The notes beneath the pieces are model-generated. The model made no database searches, was not told the DNA's origin, and saw only the letters and a program-made list of their open reading frames with translations. Made by a program: the position numbers and the translations under genes. Positions 23,691 to 34,968 of a DNA stretch of 64,000 nucleotides are shown piece by piece. Numbering within the stretch: the first letter of the stretch is position 1; the number at the start of each line of letters is the position of its first letter. Location of the stretch: assembly GCA_002269645.1 (NCBI GenBank), contig NIVC01000671.1, positions 372,001 through 436,000 on the forward strand, in the 5' to 3' direction. Source of the DNA: Macrostomum lignano (Eukaryota).

Positions 23691-23912
23691 ATGAGTGGTG
23701 TCATAAATTGGTCTGTTCTGTTGGACAATGTCCTAACAGCCTCAGCTTTAACCAGCAGGATTCCTGGTTACTACGAGGACGAGGTGAACAACCGGGTCCT
23801 CACCCTTGCCCAGCCTTCTTCAAACAACGAAGAGCCAGCTCCAAATCCCATTAACTGGTCTGCCTTGCTAGACAGCGTACTTCAAACATCATGTACTCCA
23901 CATGAGGAATAA
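23691..23912 (+). CDS. transposon cargo micro-ORF, 73 aa, with duplicated INWSxLLDxVL motif
   Basis: Acceptor-like gacttacag| at 23677, then AAAATG; the two motif copies differ mostly at synonymous positions. Confidence 0.6.
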   Translation: MSGVINWSVLLDNVLTASALTSRIPGYYEDEVNNRVLTLAQPSSNNEEPAPNPINWSALLDSVLQTSCTPHEE

Positions 23913-24547
23913 CTGCTACCTCCGTTCGAGTGTATATACATGTATGTATGTGACGCCGGTGGACGTCTGGCTGATGTGGAAGTGTTTGTACCAAAGGACC
24001 ACTAGAATTATGTAGATTTAACGTGAATCAAAGCCTTAACAACGTATGAGTACATACGTACATGTAAACGAGTAAGCCTTCAAAAATGTGCAACAATTAC
24101 GTGTTACCTGATTCAACTAAGTTCTAGTGGTCTTTGGTTCCCACTTTAAGATTGCAAGTAATATACAGCTGTGTACGCACATTTCTGGACTGCATGTGGA
24201 TTTTTTAAGTCTCATGTATTGTCGTCTTAATTTTATTTTTGTACCCGTTTGAGTCAATATAGCTAGTAGTTGTTGTACGAACACTGGCAGTTTAGAGTAG
24301 GAGTCTATTTATTTATCACAAAAAAAACTTGTCCGAAAATGTCTGCAGCGCTATTATGGCTGACAGGGAGGAATTCACACTTTAATACATGTAAGTAGTA
24401 TGTTACTAAATCATAAAATTTCATGTTTGAAAAGGCCCCAATTCTGCAATAGACTCTACCTTTACAGTTTACCTGCATCATTTGATTCATAGAAATTGTT
24501 CACTGTAACCACTCTTCAGTGCAATAGAGCAATACAAATTCAGTGCA

Positions 24548-25261
24548 ATGACTGAGCCAGTTACATGTACCAACGGTGTGATGCTTGCCACCCTGGAGGC
24601 ATCCATCAAGGCCAAGTTACCCAGCTCCGAGGTGCGGAAAGCCTTGGCAGACTGTCTTAGTCTGCCTGCTGAAACTGAAGCAGGTGTGCTAAGTAACTTG
24701 TTTCGAGCAGCAACGAAAGTGAAGGCAAAGGCGCGGGAACTGGAGAGGTCGAAAGTGCGCGAGGAAGCTGCTGGCAAGCAGAGTGCCTGGTCCATCTACA
24801 TGGACAAAGCGTTCGCCTTTCCTGCAGTGGTACCAGTCTCAGCTGCAAATGTGCCACAACCGACTCCTAGCACGCCAACCCGAACTTCTTCTGCTACTGC
24901 TGCTGCCCGGTCCCCTGAAGAGGAGCGGGGCGTCGATGTAGGCCTTCGAGAAGCTGTACGCGATCTTCGGGCCCAGCTGGAACGGTCAGAAGCGACTGTA
25001 CGAAAGCTGCACGATGAGCTAGCCAAGCGTCCACAGCGGAAGGTGTGGTTGCAGCGTGTCCGGCGTCTGCAAGATCGGCTGTACGTAGTTCGACGGCAAT
25101 TGAGCAGCAAAAGCCGGCAGCTGGTGGAGACGAGTGAGGCCAAGCTGGCCAAGAAACGTCGCCAGGCTGCTCGAGCGGAAGCTGCTGCTGAGCGCAGAAA
25201 TGCCTCGGTACGTGCCGAGCTGCGCGAGATGCACGAAATGCTGGCTACCTCGAACAGTCGC
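24548..25261 (+). CDS. transposase exon 1 (N-terminal coiled coil)
   Basis: ATG at 24548; donor AGTCGC|gtaagt. Confidence 0.75.
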
Positions 25262-28200
25262 GTAAGTTGCATGAGTAACAGATTGTTGTTCACTTGTCAT
25301 TACGTCGTATATGGTGCATTGGATATGGTGCAAGGGTGGGGTATCAGATTGGGAATGACAGAGATTGGGAAGCATTGTTCTTCAAACGTACAGTACTCTA
25401 AACACCAAACAGATCCAACAGCTCCAGGCCACATTCCAAGCGGGCCAGATGCGTGTACTGCAGACGCGGGAGCCGAGAGGTGCTGGTGGAAAGCAGTACA
25501 CCAACCGCGTCATCGCCACCTGCACGAATCTGGTGCTGAAGTGCCACGTCCCTGTTCGAGCCGTCCGCGACACTATTGTCACTGTCGCCGAGCAGCTCTG
25601 TGAGTTGCAGATGGGCGACAAGCTGCCCTCGGACTCGCTTATCAGCTCGGTCACGTACGGCGTTGGCAACAGCCTCGCCAAGGCGAAGGCCATGGAGAGC
25701 ATCCTGCTCGCATCAGAGACGGACAAACCGTTGACGCTGATGACCGATGCTACGAGCAAACGGGGCGACCATTGGAGTGTTCTGCAGGTAGAAATGAGAA
25801 AAGACACGGGGTATTCCAGTTAGTCGCGTGTGTATGGGCAGATTCAACTTTATAATTATAAAGTAAACGTTCCAGAAAACATAGAATGTTAGAATAGTAC
25901 TACAAACCGTTTTCCTTTTACACGTACAGGCCGATACTGGTGACGGCCAGGTCGCACTGACGCTCCGACAGGTCGAGGGCGGCACGGCGCAGATGTACGC
26001 CCGCGAGATGGACACGTCCATCGACCAGCTTGTGGACGCATTTTGTGACATTGTCAAGCCGGTGCGAGACGATGAACAGGCTCGACGGGAGATGAAGCGC
26101 AGCGTTTTTGTGCGGGTAAACTTTTTAATGACGGACCGCCATGTCGTAAACAAATGTCTGCTGCAGCTGCTTAACGAGATGCGTGCGACGTTGACGTCCC
26201 AGGACGGTTTGGCTCATCCGGAGGTGACCGCACTGTTCTGTGGCATGCACGTCATCGTTAACCTGGCTGCTGCGGTGGAGAAAGGCTTGAGTGACTGGGA
26301 ACGCTGCGTATCGGCCGCACCGCTTGGTGCAGCAGCTGTACCGGGGTATAAAACCGCCAAGGCAGAGTCAGGTAAGATTCTGAAGGCAATTTATAGTAAA
26401 AAATTGCTCAGTATTTCACCTTTATTACTTGTAAACAGGCAGTCAGCGGCTCATCAGAACGGTCAGCAAGGCCTTCCATCGCCTGGGGAACGAGCAGTGT
26501 GGCGTCGCCGTTCCTTTCGAGGTCTATTTGCAGTCGCGCGGCGCAAAGCCCTTCGAGATGGAGGACTTCAGAGGCAACCGTGCGTACGTCCTCTTTCCCA
26601 ATGGCGGCCACGTGTTTTCCCAGCGAGAGCTGCTCACAGCCTTCCTGGACGAGTACCCGTGCAGCAATCGCCTCCTCGTAGCCGTGAAGAACGACTTGGC
26701 GTCCAACGTCCTCCTCACTGGCTGTCGCGCGTTGGGTGTCCTTGACTTCCTGGTCATCCGGCCCCTGTGGTTGCTTCTCCGGAGCCCTAGGTCAAAAGTC
26801 AGCCTCATAGACATGAACGGCCGCTATGAGCAATTGTGTGAGTGGCTCAAGGAGGTGGTCTCCACAGATACTATCCGCTTCCCAGAGGACCTCAGCGGGC
26901 CATTCCCTGACCTTGCCAATGCCGTGCTGGAGCCGCAGGATGCCAAGGCCATGTGGGCAACCCTCAGCTCCGACGCCTCGGAGCTGGACAATGACCTTCT
27001 TGGCCAGGCTCTGCAGGTGAGGCAACAACAAAAACAGTACAACCCACTGCGTGTCACTGACTGAAAGAAAAACTGTGACCTACTAACACCCATCCTCCCC
27101 ACCATTTGTACAGGTCGCTGCGGCGCACATGTTGGTCCTCGTCCGCCGTGAGGTGGTTGATCACCTGCCAGGTGGTGCGCTGCGCAATCTGGCAGACGAC
27201 AATTCCCGTTTGGCTGCCGCTGCTCCCAAGGACAATGTCGCGTGTGAGGTGTCTTTTGCAGTACTGGACAGCACTGTAAGGTCGAAGCCCAACATGCGGC
27301 CCCTGGCTCGCGAGACGTTCGTGCTCTTTAAACAGAACGGGACGAGCGAGTGGCTTCGCCAGAAGTCACTGGAAGAGCAGGACGCAATGCTGTCGCGAGC
27401 ACGGCACATCGCGAAGAAGGTGGAGATGCAGGCCAAGGCGGATGCCAGGGCTGTTCGAGCTGCACAGCAGCACCAGCAGCAGGCTCGAATCGCCCAGGAT
27501 CAGCACAGAAAGATCGCCAGGGAGAGTTCGCTCCGCGACCTGATCAACGCGGTGCAGGACTACGGTGGCCTGTGGCTCACAGTTTCCGAGATGCAGAACA
27601 GGCTTCAGGACCTGCCTGAGCGGCTGCATGAGCCAGCCGTGCTCTCCCAACTGCGACTGCACAAAGCAATGAGTAATATATATTTATTACTGCCTGCGCT
27701 CATACATACCCCACTCTTAGGATTAATTGTCATTACTGAATGCGCATTCCCTACTAACACCCTCCCCAAACAGAGCCAACGATCCCCAATGACATGGCAG
27801 GCTGCCTGAACCTCACCGATTCTGGCGCAAAAAGGTCAGTGCAGCTTCTCACTGACAACCTGCAAGAATTTCTGGCCCATCTACAGAGGGAAAAGATAGC
27901 TGCCACAGCCAAGGAGGATGACGCGCAGGCTGTATCGATGCGATCTGCCAATGAGCGTGCTGATCGTGTTAAGGCAGCAATTGCAAAGAAGCTGGAGCCT
28001 GCGCGAACAGCCTCATCTGTAGCTGCCGGATCGCGTGGGCGTGGGACGAGGCGTGGTCGTGGCCGAGGTAGAGGCAGAGGCAGCGCAGGCAATGGAGCTC
28101 AGGCTCAGGGCACCAGCGAAGGCGGACATGGAGGACGGGGACGTGGGCGTGGGCGTGCGCGTGGTCGCGGGCGTGCAGGTATACATCCAACTACCAAGCG

Positions 28201-28522
28201 GCCTCACGACTCGACCTCCGAGTCCGAGCGCGAGTCGGATGCCGAGCCCGAGGCCCAACCCAGGCAGGCACCATCGCTTCAGAACTTACCAGTCCTCGAG
28301 TGTCGACGCATTGAAATGCGATTTGGCTATGCTGATGGTTCTGAGCAATGGGAGGAAGGCTACGTTCAGCGTCGACTGCCATGCGCCAGCCATGATGTAC
28401 TTTCATGGAACTTCGAGGTCACCTTCGATGAGACTGGCCCAAATGAAGTTTTTATCTACAACCTGTACAAGGACTACTTAGACAATGACCTCCATGTGCT
28501 AGACGATGAAGACATTGAGTAA
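24548..28522 (+). CDS. spliced DDE transposase (hAT-like, about 1138 aa) with C-terminal RG tract and Spindlin-like Tudor domain
   Basis: Exons 24548-25261, 25413-25787, 25930-26371, 26439-27016, 27114-27672 and 27774-28522 give 3417 nt in frame without internal stops. Candidate catalytic residues LMTDATSK (D), LMTDRHVVN (D), FCGMH (CxxH), KDNVACEVSFA (E). An upstream exon is possible. Confidence 0.85.
25413..25787 (+). CDS. transposase exon 2 (first Asp)
   Basis: caaacag|ATCCAA...CTGCAG|gtagaa. Confidence 0.85.
25930..26371 (+). CDS. transposase exon 3 (second Asp, CxxH)
   Basis: cgtacag|GCCGAT...GAGTCAG|gtaaga. Confidence 0.88.
26439..27016 (+). CDS. transposase exon 4 (insertion domain)
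   Basis: gtaaacag|GCAGTC...CTGCAG|gtgagg. Confidence 0.85.
27114..27672 (+). CDS. transposase exon 5 (catalytic Glu region)
   Basis: TACTAAC branch point, tgtacag|GTCGCT...GCAATGA|gtaata. Confidence 0.8.
27774..28522 (+). CDS. transposase exon 6 (RG-rich tract and Spindlin-like domain)
   Basis: TACTAAC branch point, caaacag|AGCCAA; phase matches exon 5; TAA at 28520-28522. Confidence 0.78.
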
Positions 28523-30534
28523 CATACTGTTCCGTAGGCTTAAATTTTACCAGGCGCGGATCCAGAAAACTTTGAATGGGGATGTAGAGTACAGGTACAT
28601 GCAGTATATGTACTTCATGTATATGTATATGTACATAATAATGTACTACCCATAGAGAAAGTGAGAAAAGCAAAATCTCTGGGAAGGCGCGCCCTTTGTA
28701 CTACCACCCAAAATCCAATACTGAGTTTAACTTCTAAGATGTACTGTACAAACAATGTATATACATGTAGGTTGCCCTACCAGTAACTGTTTTTTAAACT
28801 TCCTTCATTATTAATAAGTTATACAGTTTGTAAAGTCATATCAGAAAGGTCAATTAGCATTGACAAGTTGAACAGACAAATGCCAAAGATGGCTTGTTGG
28901 GATAGCTTTGCTAGGGTCCATTTCCAGCATTTCCACAGTGGAAGCCTTCCTTTTGACCTCCATCTTTCCATGTATAGAAATATACATATGTACAGTACCA
29001 ATAATAGCAGTCATCTGAAACAAATAATGTGTTAACATAATTTAGTCATTACATTTTACCTCAACAAACATCATATCATAGGTGCAGGAACCACAGCATA
29101 TATTAATATGTGCATCTCTTCTCACTATACCCATTCTCCGTATTTTCATTCAACCAAGCCCTATATTTACTAGATATAGTTAATTATACAATGGATTGGT
29201 GAGATGTGCATAAAGGATGAAGTATATCGTGAGTCCATCTATCCTCTTTTGAAAAAAATTACATGTGTGACTGATTTGTGAAGCATACAGCCCCTCAATG
29301 TACATTTTTCCTATCTCCATAGTGTATTTGCCTGTACTGCTGTGCCAAATATGCTTCATAACTTTGGTGCGGCAAAAGTTATCAGGATGTGCCTTTAGGA
29401 CAAAGAGTTTGGCCTGTTTTGCTATCATTTTATCAAAGAAACTAACTGGCCATTCTTTTGAGCTTCAAAAATTTCCCGATTTTTATGTCCCTTATGGGGA
29501 TTTGCATGCATTTTGGCGATTTCCATTAGGCATACTGCGGCAAGAGTTACACTCATCCTGTCTAGCCTAAAAGTTTTATTTTGTCATTAAAAGTAAGTAG
29601 CAAAAAGAATTAGGGTGGCCGCTCTTTCCATTCAAAAGTTATGGCCATTTTAAATTTTACATGTACATGTATATGTACATGTACATATTTTTGAACAAAA
29701 AAAGTTCACTTAAAATGACCTCCAGGAAGTTACCTACACTCAGTATGCAATCATTCTTAGTAGTTATGCACTCATTTACTAAAAAACGAATCCTCCCGAT
29801 CCCATATTTTCAAGCAAATTCGGCACAGTTTTGAAAATGTACGAAAATGTACACGATGTTTGACAGGCTGTATCCTTGTAATCGTATGTCCTAAACGTGT
29901 AAACTATATGTCGTTTGAAACATCTGTTTGCCTTCTTTTCAATGAATATAAGAACGTGGTCATATCTCAAATATTTAAAAAGTTACAGACGTTTAAAGAA
30001 GACCACTTTTTTACCGTTTTTCGGTTTTGCACATGCTAAAAATAGGCTCGCTGGACACCCTAACATATGCAAAGCTAATATTAAGACTAATGGTTTAGTA
30101 GTATTTACTAAAATTATGAATTGCAGCTTGGCAATGAGCTATGCAGTTATACAGTATACATTGCACAATCTATATTAAGCCAGTCTAATATATCATTAGA
30201 TGCTATTTATAGATTAAAGTTTGAGGAATAGACAATTAGGCCTATCATAATGTATCTACAATGCATGAAAAATATCAATCAATTAAAAAGTCATTCAGTT
30301 TTTTTATTTGAATTTTTAAAAAAATTAAATTAAATTAAGTTTTTAAGAGTAACACAAAATCTGGAAGTTCAGCCGCAATCATATATAAAAAAGAAACATT
30401 TTTTGATACATATCAGCCACACTTTAAGATCAAGTTTATTCTTATTAAAAATAAATTTAAATTTTTTTAACTAAAACCCTGAAAAAATTCAAGGTGGAAA
30501 AATTTCTGTTTGCTAAAAAATTTCAAAAAAAAAT

Positions 30535-30612
30535 CTCTGACCACTTGGGATTCAAACCCTTGCTGCACGCAATCACAAGGAAATCAATATATCCACTAAG
30601 CCACCAATTGCT
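30535..30612 (-). mobile_element. tRNA-like SINE head remnant
   Basis: Minus strand TGGCTTAGTGG (A-box) ... GGTTTGAATCCC (B-box with CpG decayed). Confidence 0.45.
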
Positions 30613-33600
30613 TGTGAGAAAGCCCGACAGAACACACATTTTATATTGATGATTATTGCTGTGCCTATAAGCTCAAATATTATAGACACGGCCGCCATGT
30701 CTATAAGTACTCCATAAATAAAAAGCTAGGTCTATTAGATAAAGATTAACACCCAGTGCCCTTAGCACAATAGCACTCTTCTTAACCAAGGCCAAAGGTA
30801 GGCTAGAATTATAGACTTAAATAAGGCCTATAAGTATAAGTTAACAAATTTAAGTGTCATTTTATAAATATAAAAAAATTGTAATTGTTGAAATAGGTCA
30901 ATATATAATTTCTGTAGTCTTTGGATTGAATATATTTTGTAAAAAAGTTGAAAACTAAATGCTTTTTAATAGGCCTACGCCTACCTAGGCCTAGGCCACC
31001 TAAGCCCCTAATAGGCCTAGGCGGCCTATTAGCTATATTTGAAGGTAAAAAAATTAGAAAAGCTTAAGTTGTAAGACTTTATGTCTTCCCAGTCTTACCA
31101 TGTTATTGTTAGAGTAGTCTATTTTTCATGTTAAATTTGAATAATAACTAATTTACCCAAGGGGGCATAGGCCAAAGCCAAAGTTCCAACTCACCCATTT
31201 TTTAAGAGGACTAGGGCCAATGCCAAATGGTCAGGCAATTAATTAACAACTGAATATGTGCTATTAATACTATACAGTATAGTTAGCCCTACACTACAAG
31301 CTACAAATAACAAAGATGGGCCTACAGTACAGATTCTTGCTTGCTACAAATTGCTATGTATGAGATTGATATATCAATATCATTTGGACATTTGAGTTTG
31401 GACATTTGGACATTTTGAACATTTCAAATTTTGAGATTGATGAGATCTTGATGTATTAAATATTTGGAATAAATTTTTAGCGTAATAATTATGAATTAAC
31501 AAACCGGATAATAGTATTTCAATTCAATTGGTATGAAAATGTGAGAAATCACTTTGAAAAATTGCACTTGTCTTTGCCATGCCCAAAACTGCCGAAATCA
31601 ACAAACTGCCTAAGCCTAAATTTAGTTGCTCAGTTTCTAAGAAAACGAAGAAAATTAATTCGTTTCACGCTGCAAAATCGAAACATTTACTCTTCAGTAA
31701 GTAATCTGATAATACGGGGCTATTAAACTCCTTTTATGCGCTACCCACTTTTTATTCTATCTGTTAATATTTGTACAACTTTTTGAAAAAACTGTTAAAG
31801 CAAAACTTTGAAACTTGAAACTTTTTGAAAAAAATTCATGTATTAAGCGCGAGTAATATCCCGTGTTCTAAAATTGGCCAGAATTGGAAGGGAGAAGAGG
31901 TCTCGTGTTTCAATTAAAAGCAACGAAGTGATCGACAGAGCCAGCGATGTGTGCCAGTAGCAGTAGTTCAGTTAAATAATATTAGTACTTTTATTCTAGT
32001 ATCTGTGACAGAAAGTGTATCGGTAGAATCAATTCACATACATGTAAAACGCTAAGTAGTCAACAAGGCAGTACTAATACATGTAACTGCATATATACCT
32101 GCAGGTTCAAATTTTTTAGTCCACAAAAATCTACAGAAAAACTGACGACTCAACTTCTACTTCAATACTCGGTACTCGGTTGGATCATCTGCTTGCTCAG
32201 TATATGAGCGTACATACATGTACTTACCTGTACATTGCACGTGAAACTGGTTGTCGTTACCTATCGACACTGATAGGGTGATTAAACAAGCCCTTAACTT
32301 CATCATTGAGGCAAATCAAAAGCAACGGTTGAGTATAGAAGCAAGCATTCAATTAATTTGACAAATAATAGCTTTTTTAACTGCCGATATTTTCTGAATT
32401 TATGTTTATTGTAGAGATCCAAAACTCGCATGCTCTATCAACAAGCACAAAAACGATTAAAGAAAATAATAGGGCTATATGTACTGCAATATATACGAAT
32501 ATTAAAATAGAACGTTTAACAATAACTTCTAGAACTAAAACGCCCGATGCAAGAATAGGCAAAACAATACCAACTTGTTGGGAGCTAAAGAACAAAGGCA
32601 GTACTGTACACTGCAAACTGGCGAACTAATCGAGAGTAAGAATAAGAATACTTACTTAATGATAAATGTATAATCTAAACTATAGGAACAGACTGTTCCA
32701 CCCATAAGCCGTGACTGTCAAGGCTGAAATCAAGGCAACAAAAGCGAGAACGCGCAATGAAAAAAAACAAATTAACAAGCCAGTTAAGTAACAACTTGTG
32801 CACACATAAGCCTAGGCCACATAGGCAGTATTATTGAGACAGCGAGTAGTGCAAATGCACAACTGTACACGGGCCAGGACAAAAGAATGTTTGATTAAAA
32901 TCAAATTCCAGGCGTTTTAAGTAAGTAGGCCTACTTCAAGTAGGCTACCGCTGGATCGCGTAGCAGTATTGCAACTTATACAATACTTCGAAGAACGCAC
33001 TATTGCACATTGTTCGATTTTCAGTTCAATTCTAAAGAAACTTCAGTACTCGACTTCCTGCGCATTTTCATTCACGGCAATTTATCATAGAAAAACAGAA
33101 GCCAAAGCAGCTGGAAAGTGAATGATGCAGCAAGTGCGACCAAAAAAAGCAGAGAGATTAGCTATAGTAAACATGGCATAGACTAAGCTAGCAAAAAATA
33201 AGACCCAAAAAGCGTCGAAAATGCGCAATAAACAATACAGATGCAACAGAGAAGATTCGCACACTAATTTTATGCATAATAAAAACCCTGAAAAAAGTGA
33301 AGATTCTATTGAGGACACGATATTGTTCTGGCTAAAGATGAGCGAGTTGCTGAGTACAAATTTGTGCAGTGCAGAATGAAAATAATCGGTATCGTGCAGA
33401 TGCAGGCCAGGCCTTTTTCAGCTGTTTGCTGATTTTATGCGAATAATCGATGGAATGAGACGCAAACTGAATCAATGTATGCACACATATTTAGCTATGT
33501 GAGCTATACTTAGTCTAAAAGTGATTGCGATGGAAGAATGACATTAATGTGTAATCATGGCTTGTCAGTTAAAACTTAGCTTTTTAATCCCTCGTTAATG

Positions 33601-33654
33601 GAAGGCAGACCGGAAAACTCTGAATAAAAATCGATATTATAATTTGTAAGGGCT

Positions 33655-34340
33655 AAAATGTGTCAAGAGTGTCAGTCAATCTAAAGAACAATTGAGTGTC
33701 AATCAATCTGACACTGAAATGTGTCAAGAGTGTCAATCAATCTGACACTGAAATGTGTCAGGGGTGTCAATCAATCTGACACTGAAATGTGTCAAGAGTG
33801 TCAATCAATCTGACACTGAAATGTGTCAGGGGTGTCAATCAATCTGACACTGAAATGTGTCAAGAGTGTCAATCAATCTGACACTGAAATGTGTCAAGAG
33901 TGTCAATCAATCTGACACTGAAATGTGTCAGGGGTGTCAATCAATCTGACACTGAAATGTGTCAAGAGTGTCAATCAATCTGACACTGAAATGTGTCAAG
34001 AGTGTCAACCAATCTGACACTGAAATGTGTCAGGAGTGTCAATCAATCTGACACTGAATTGTGTCAGGAGTGTCAATCAATCTGACACTGAAATGTGTCA
34101 GGAGTGTCAATCAATCTGACACTGAAATGTGTCAGGGGTGTCAATCAATCTGACACTGAATTGTGTCAGGAGTGTCAATCAATCTGACACTGAAATGTGT
34201 CAGGGGTGTCAATCAATCTGACACTGAAATGTGTCAGGAGTGTCAATCAATCTGACACTGAAATGTGTCAGGAGTGTCAATCAATCTGACACTGAAATGT
34301 GTCAGGGGTGTCAATCAATCTGACACTGAAATGTGTCAGA
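33655..34340. repeat. 34-bp minisatellite (GTGTCAAGAGTGTCAATCAATCTGACACTGAAAT)
   Basis: About 20 units; each contains AGTGTCA...TGACACT inverted repeat. Confidence 0.95.
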
Positions 34341-34420
34341 AGTTCAACCGGTCGCCAAAACCCCAAGCTACTGAACTGTTCAAAGTGTACATTTCTATTA
34401 TTTTTCAAATAAAATTTGTT

Positions 34421-34968
34421 TCAAGTCTCGACTTCACCGTTGACACTTAGCAACGGGCTTGAGACCTGGACAGCCGGAGCGGCCGCGGCCGAGGCGGCGG
34501 TGCCACCAGCTGCTTCATCGCCAGCCGGACCGACGCTAGTCGGAGTTGTCGGCTGAGCGACGCCAGCGCCGCCGCTGTCCAGGCTGGCCGTCGACAGCAG
34601 GCGATTAGCGGCGGCGCCGCCGCTGAGCGAATGATGCGAGTGCGGCCGCCTGACGCCGGCTGGCTGGGCGCGCTGGCGCGGGAAGTGCGCGGCGAACAGG
34701 GCGTTCAAGCGTTCGTCCAGCTCGCCGGGTCCGAGGAGGTCGCTAGGTGCACCGGCGGACGCGGCGGCGGCGGTGGCTGCAGTGGCGCACATGTCGCGCA
34801 GCGAGTCGGAGATGCGCAGCAGGGTGGCGTACTGGGCCTGCGACAGTTTCAGGTACTGCAGGTTCTGCTTGGCCCTGCAGGTGTAGTCGGGCGCGAATTG
34901 GACGAGGCGGCGCAGCTCGGTTGGATCCGTGACGCGGTCGGGACTGCGCCTGTGCAGTTCAAGCACAG
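34421..34968 (-). CDS. CNNM: CNNM last coding exon
   Basis: cattgcag|CTGTGC; [23 protein letters not shown] then an Ala-rich tail; TGA at 34421-34423. Confidence 0.8.

Larger units (their letters stand above)
21376..30062 (+). mobile_element. 8687-bp autonomous hAT-like DNA transposon with 7-bp TSD (hATw-like)
   Basis: Left end TAGGGGGTCCAGTGAG; right end reverse-complemented TAGGGTGTCCAGCGAG (14/16 identical). ACATATG lies immediately outside both ends (21369-21375, 30063-30069). The interior encodes a spliced DDE transposase. Confidence 0.88.

Noticed and set aside
28549-28725. CAGGCGCGGATCCAG...AATCCAATACTG as a small nested MITE
   Set aside because: The right end is too degenerate to establish a TIR or TSD.
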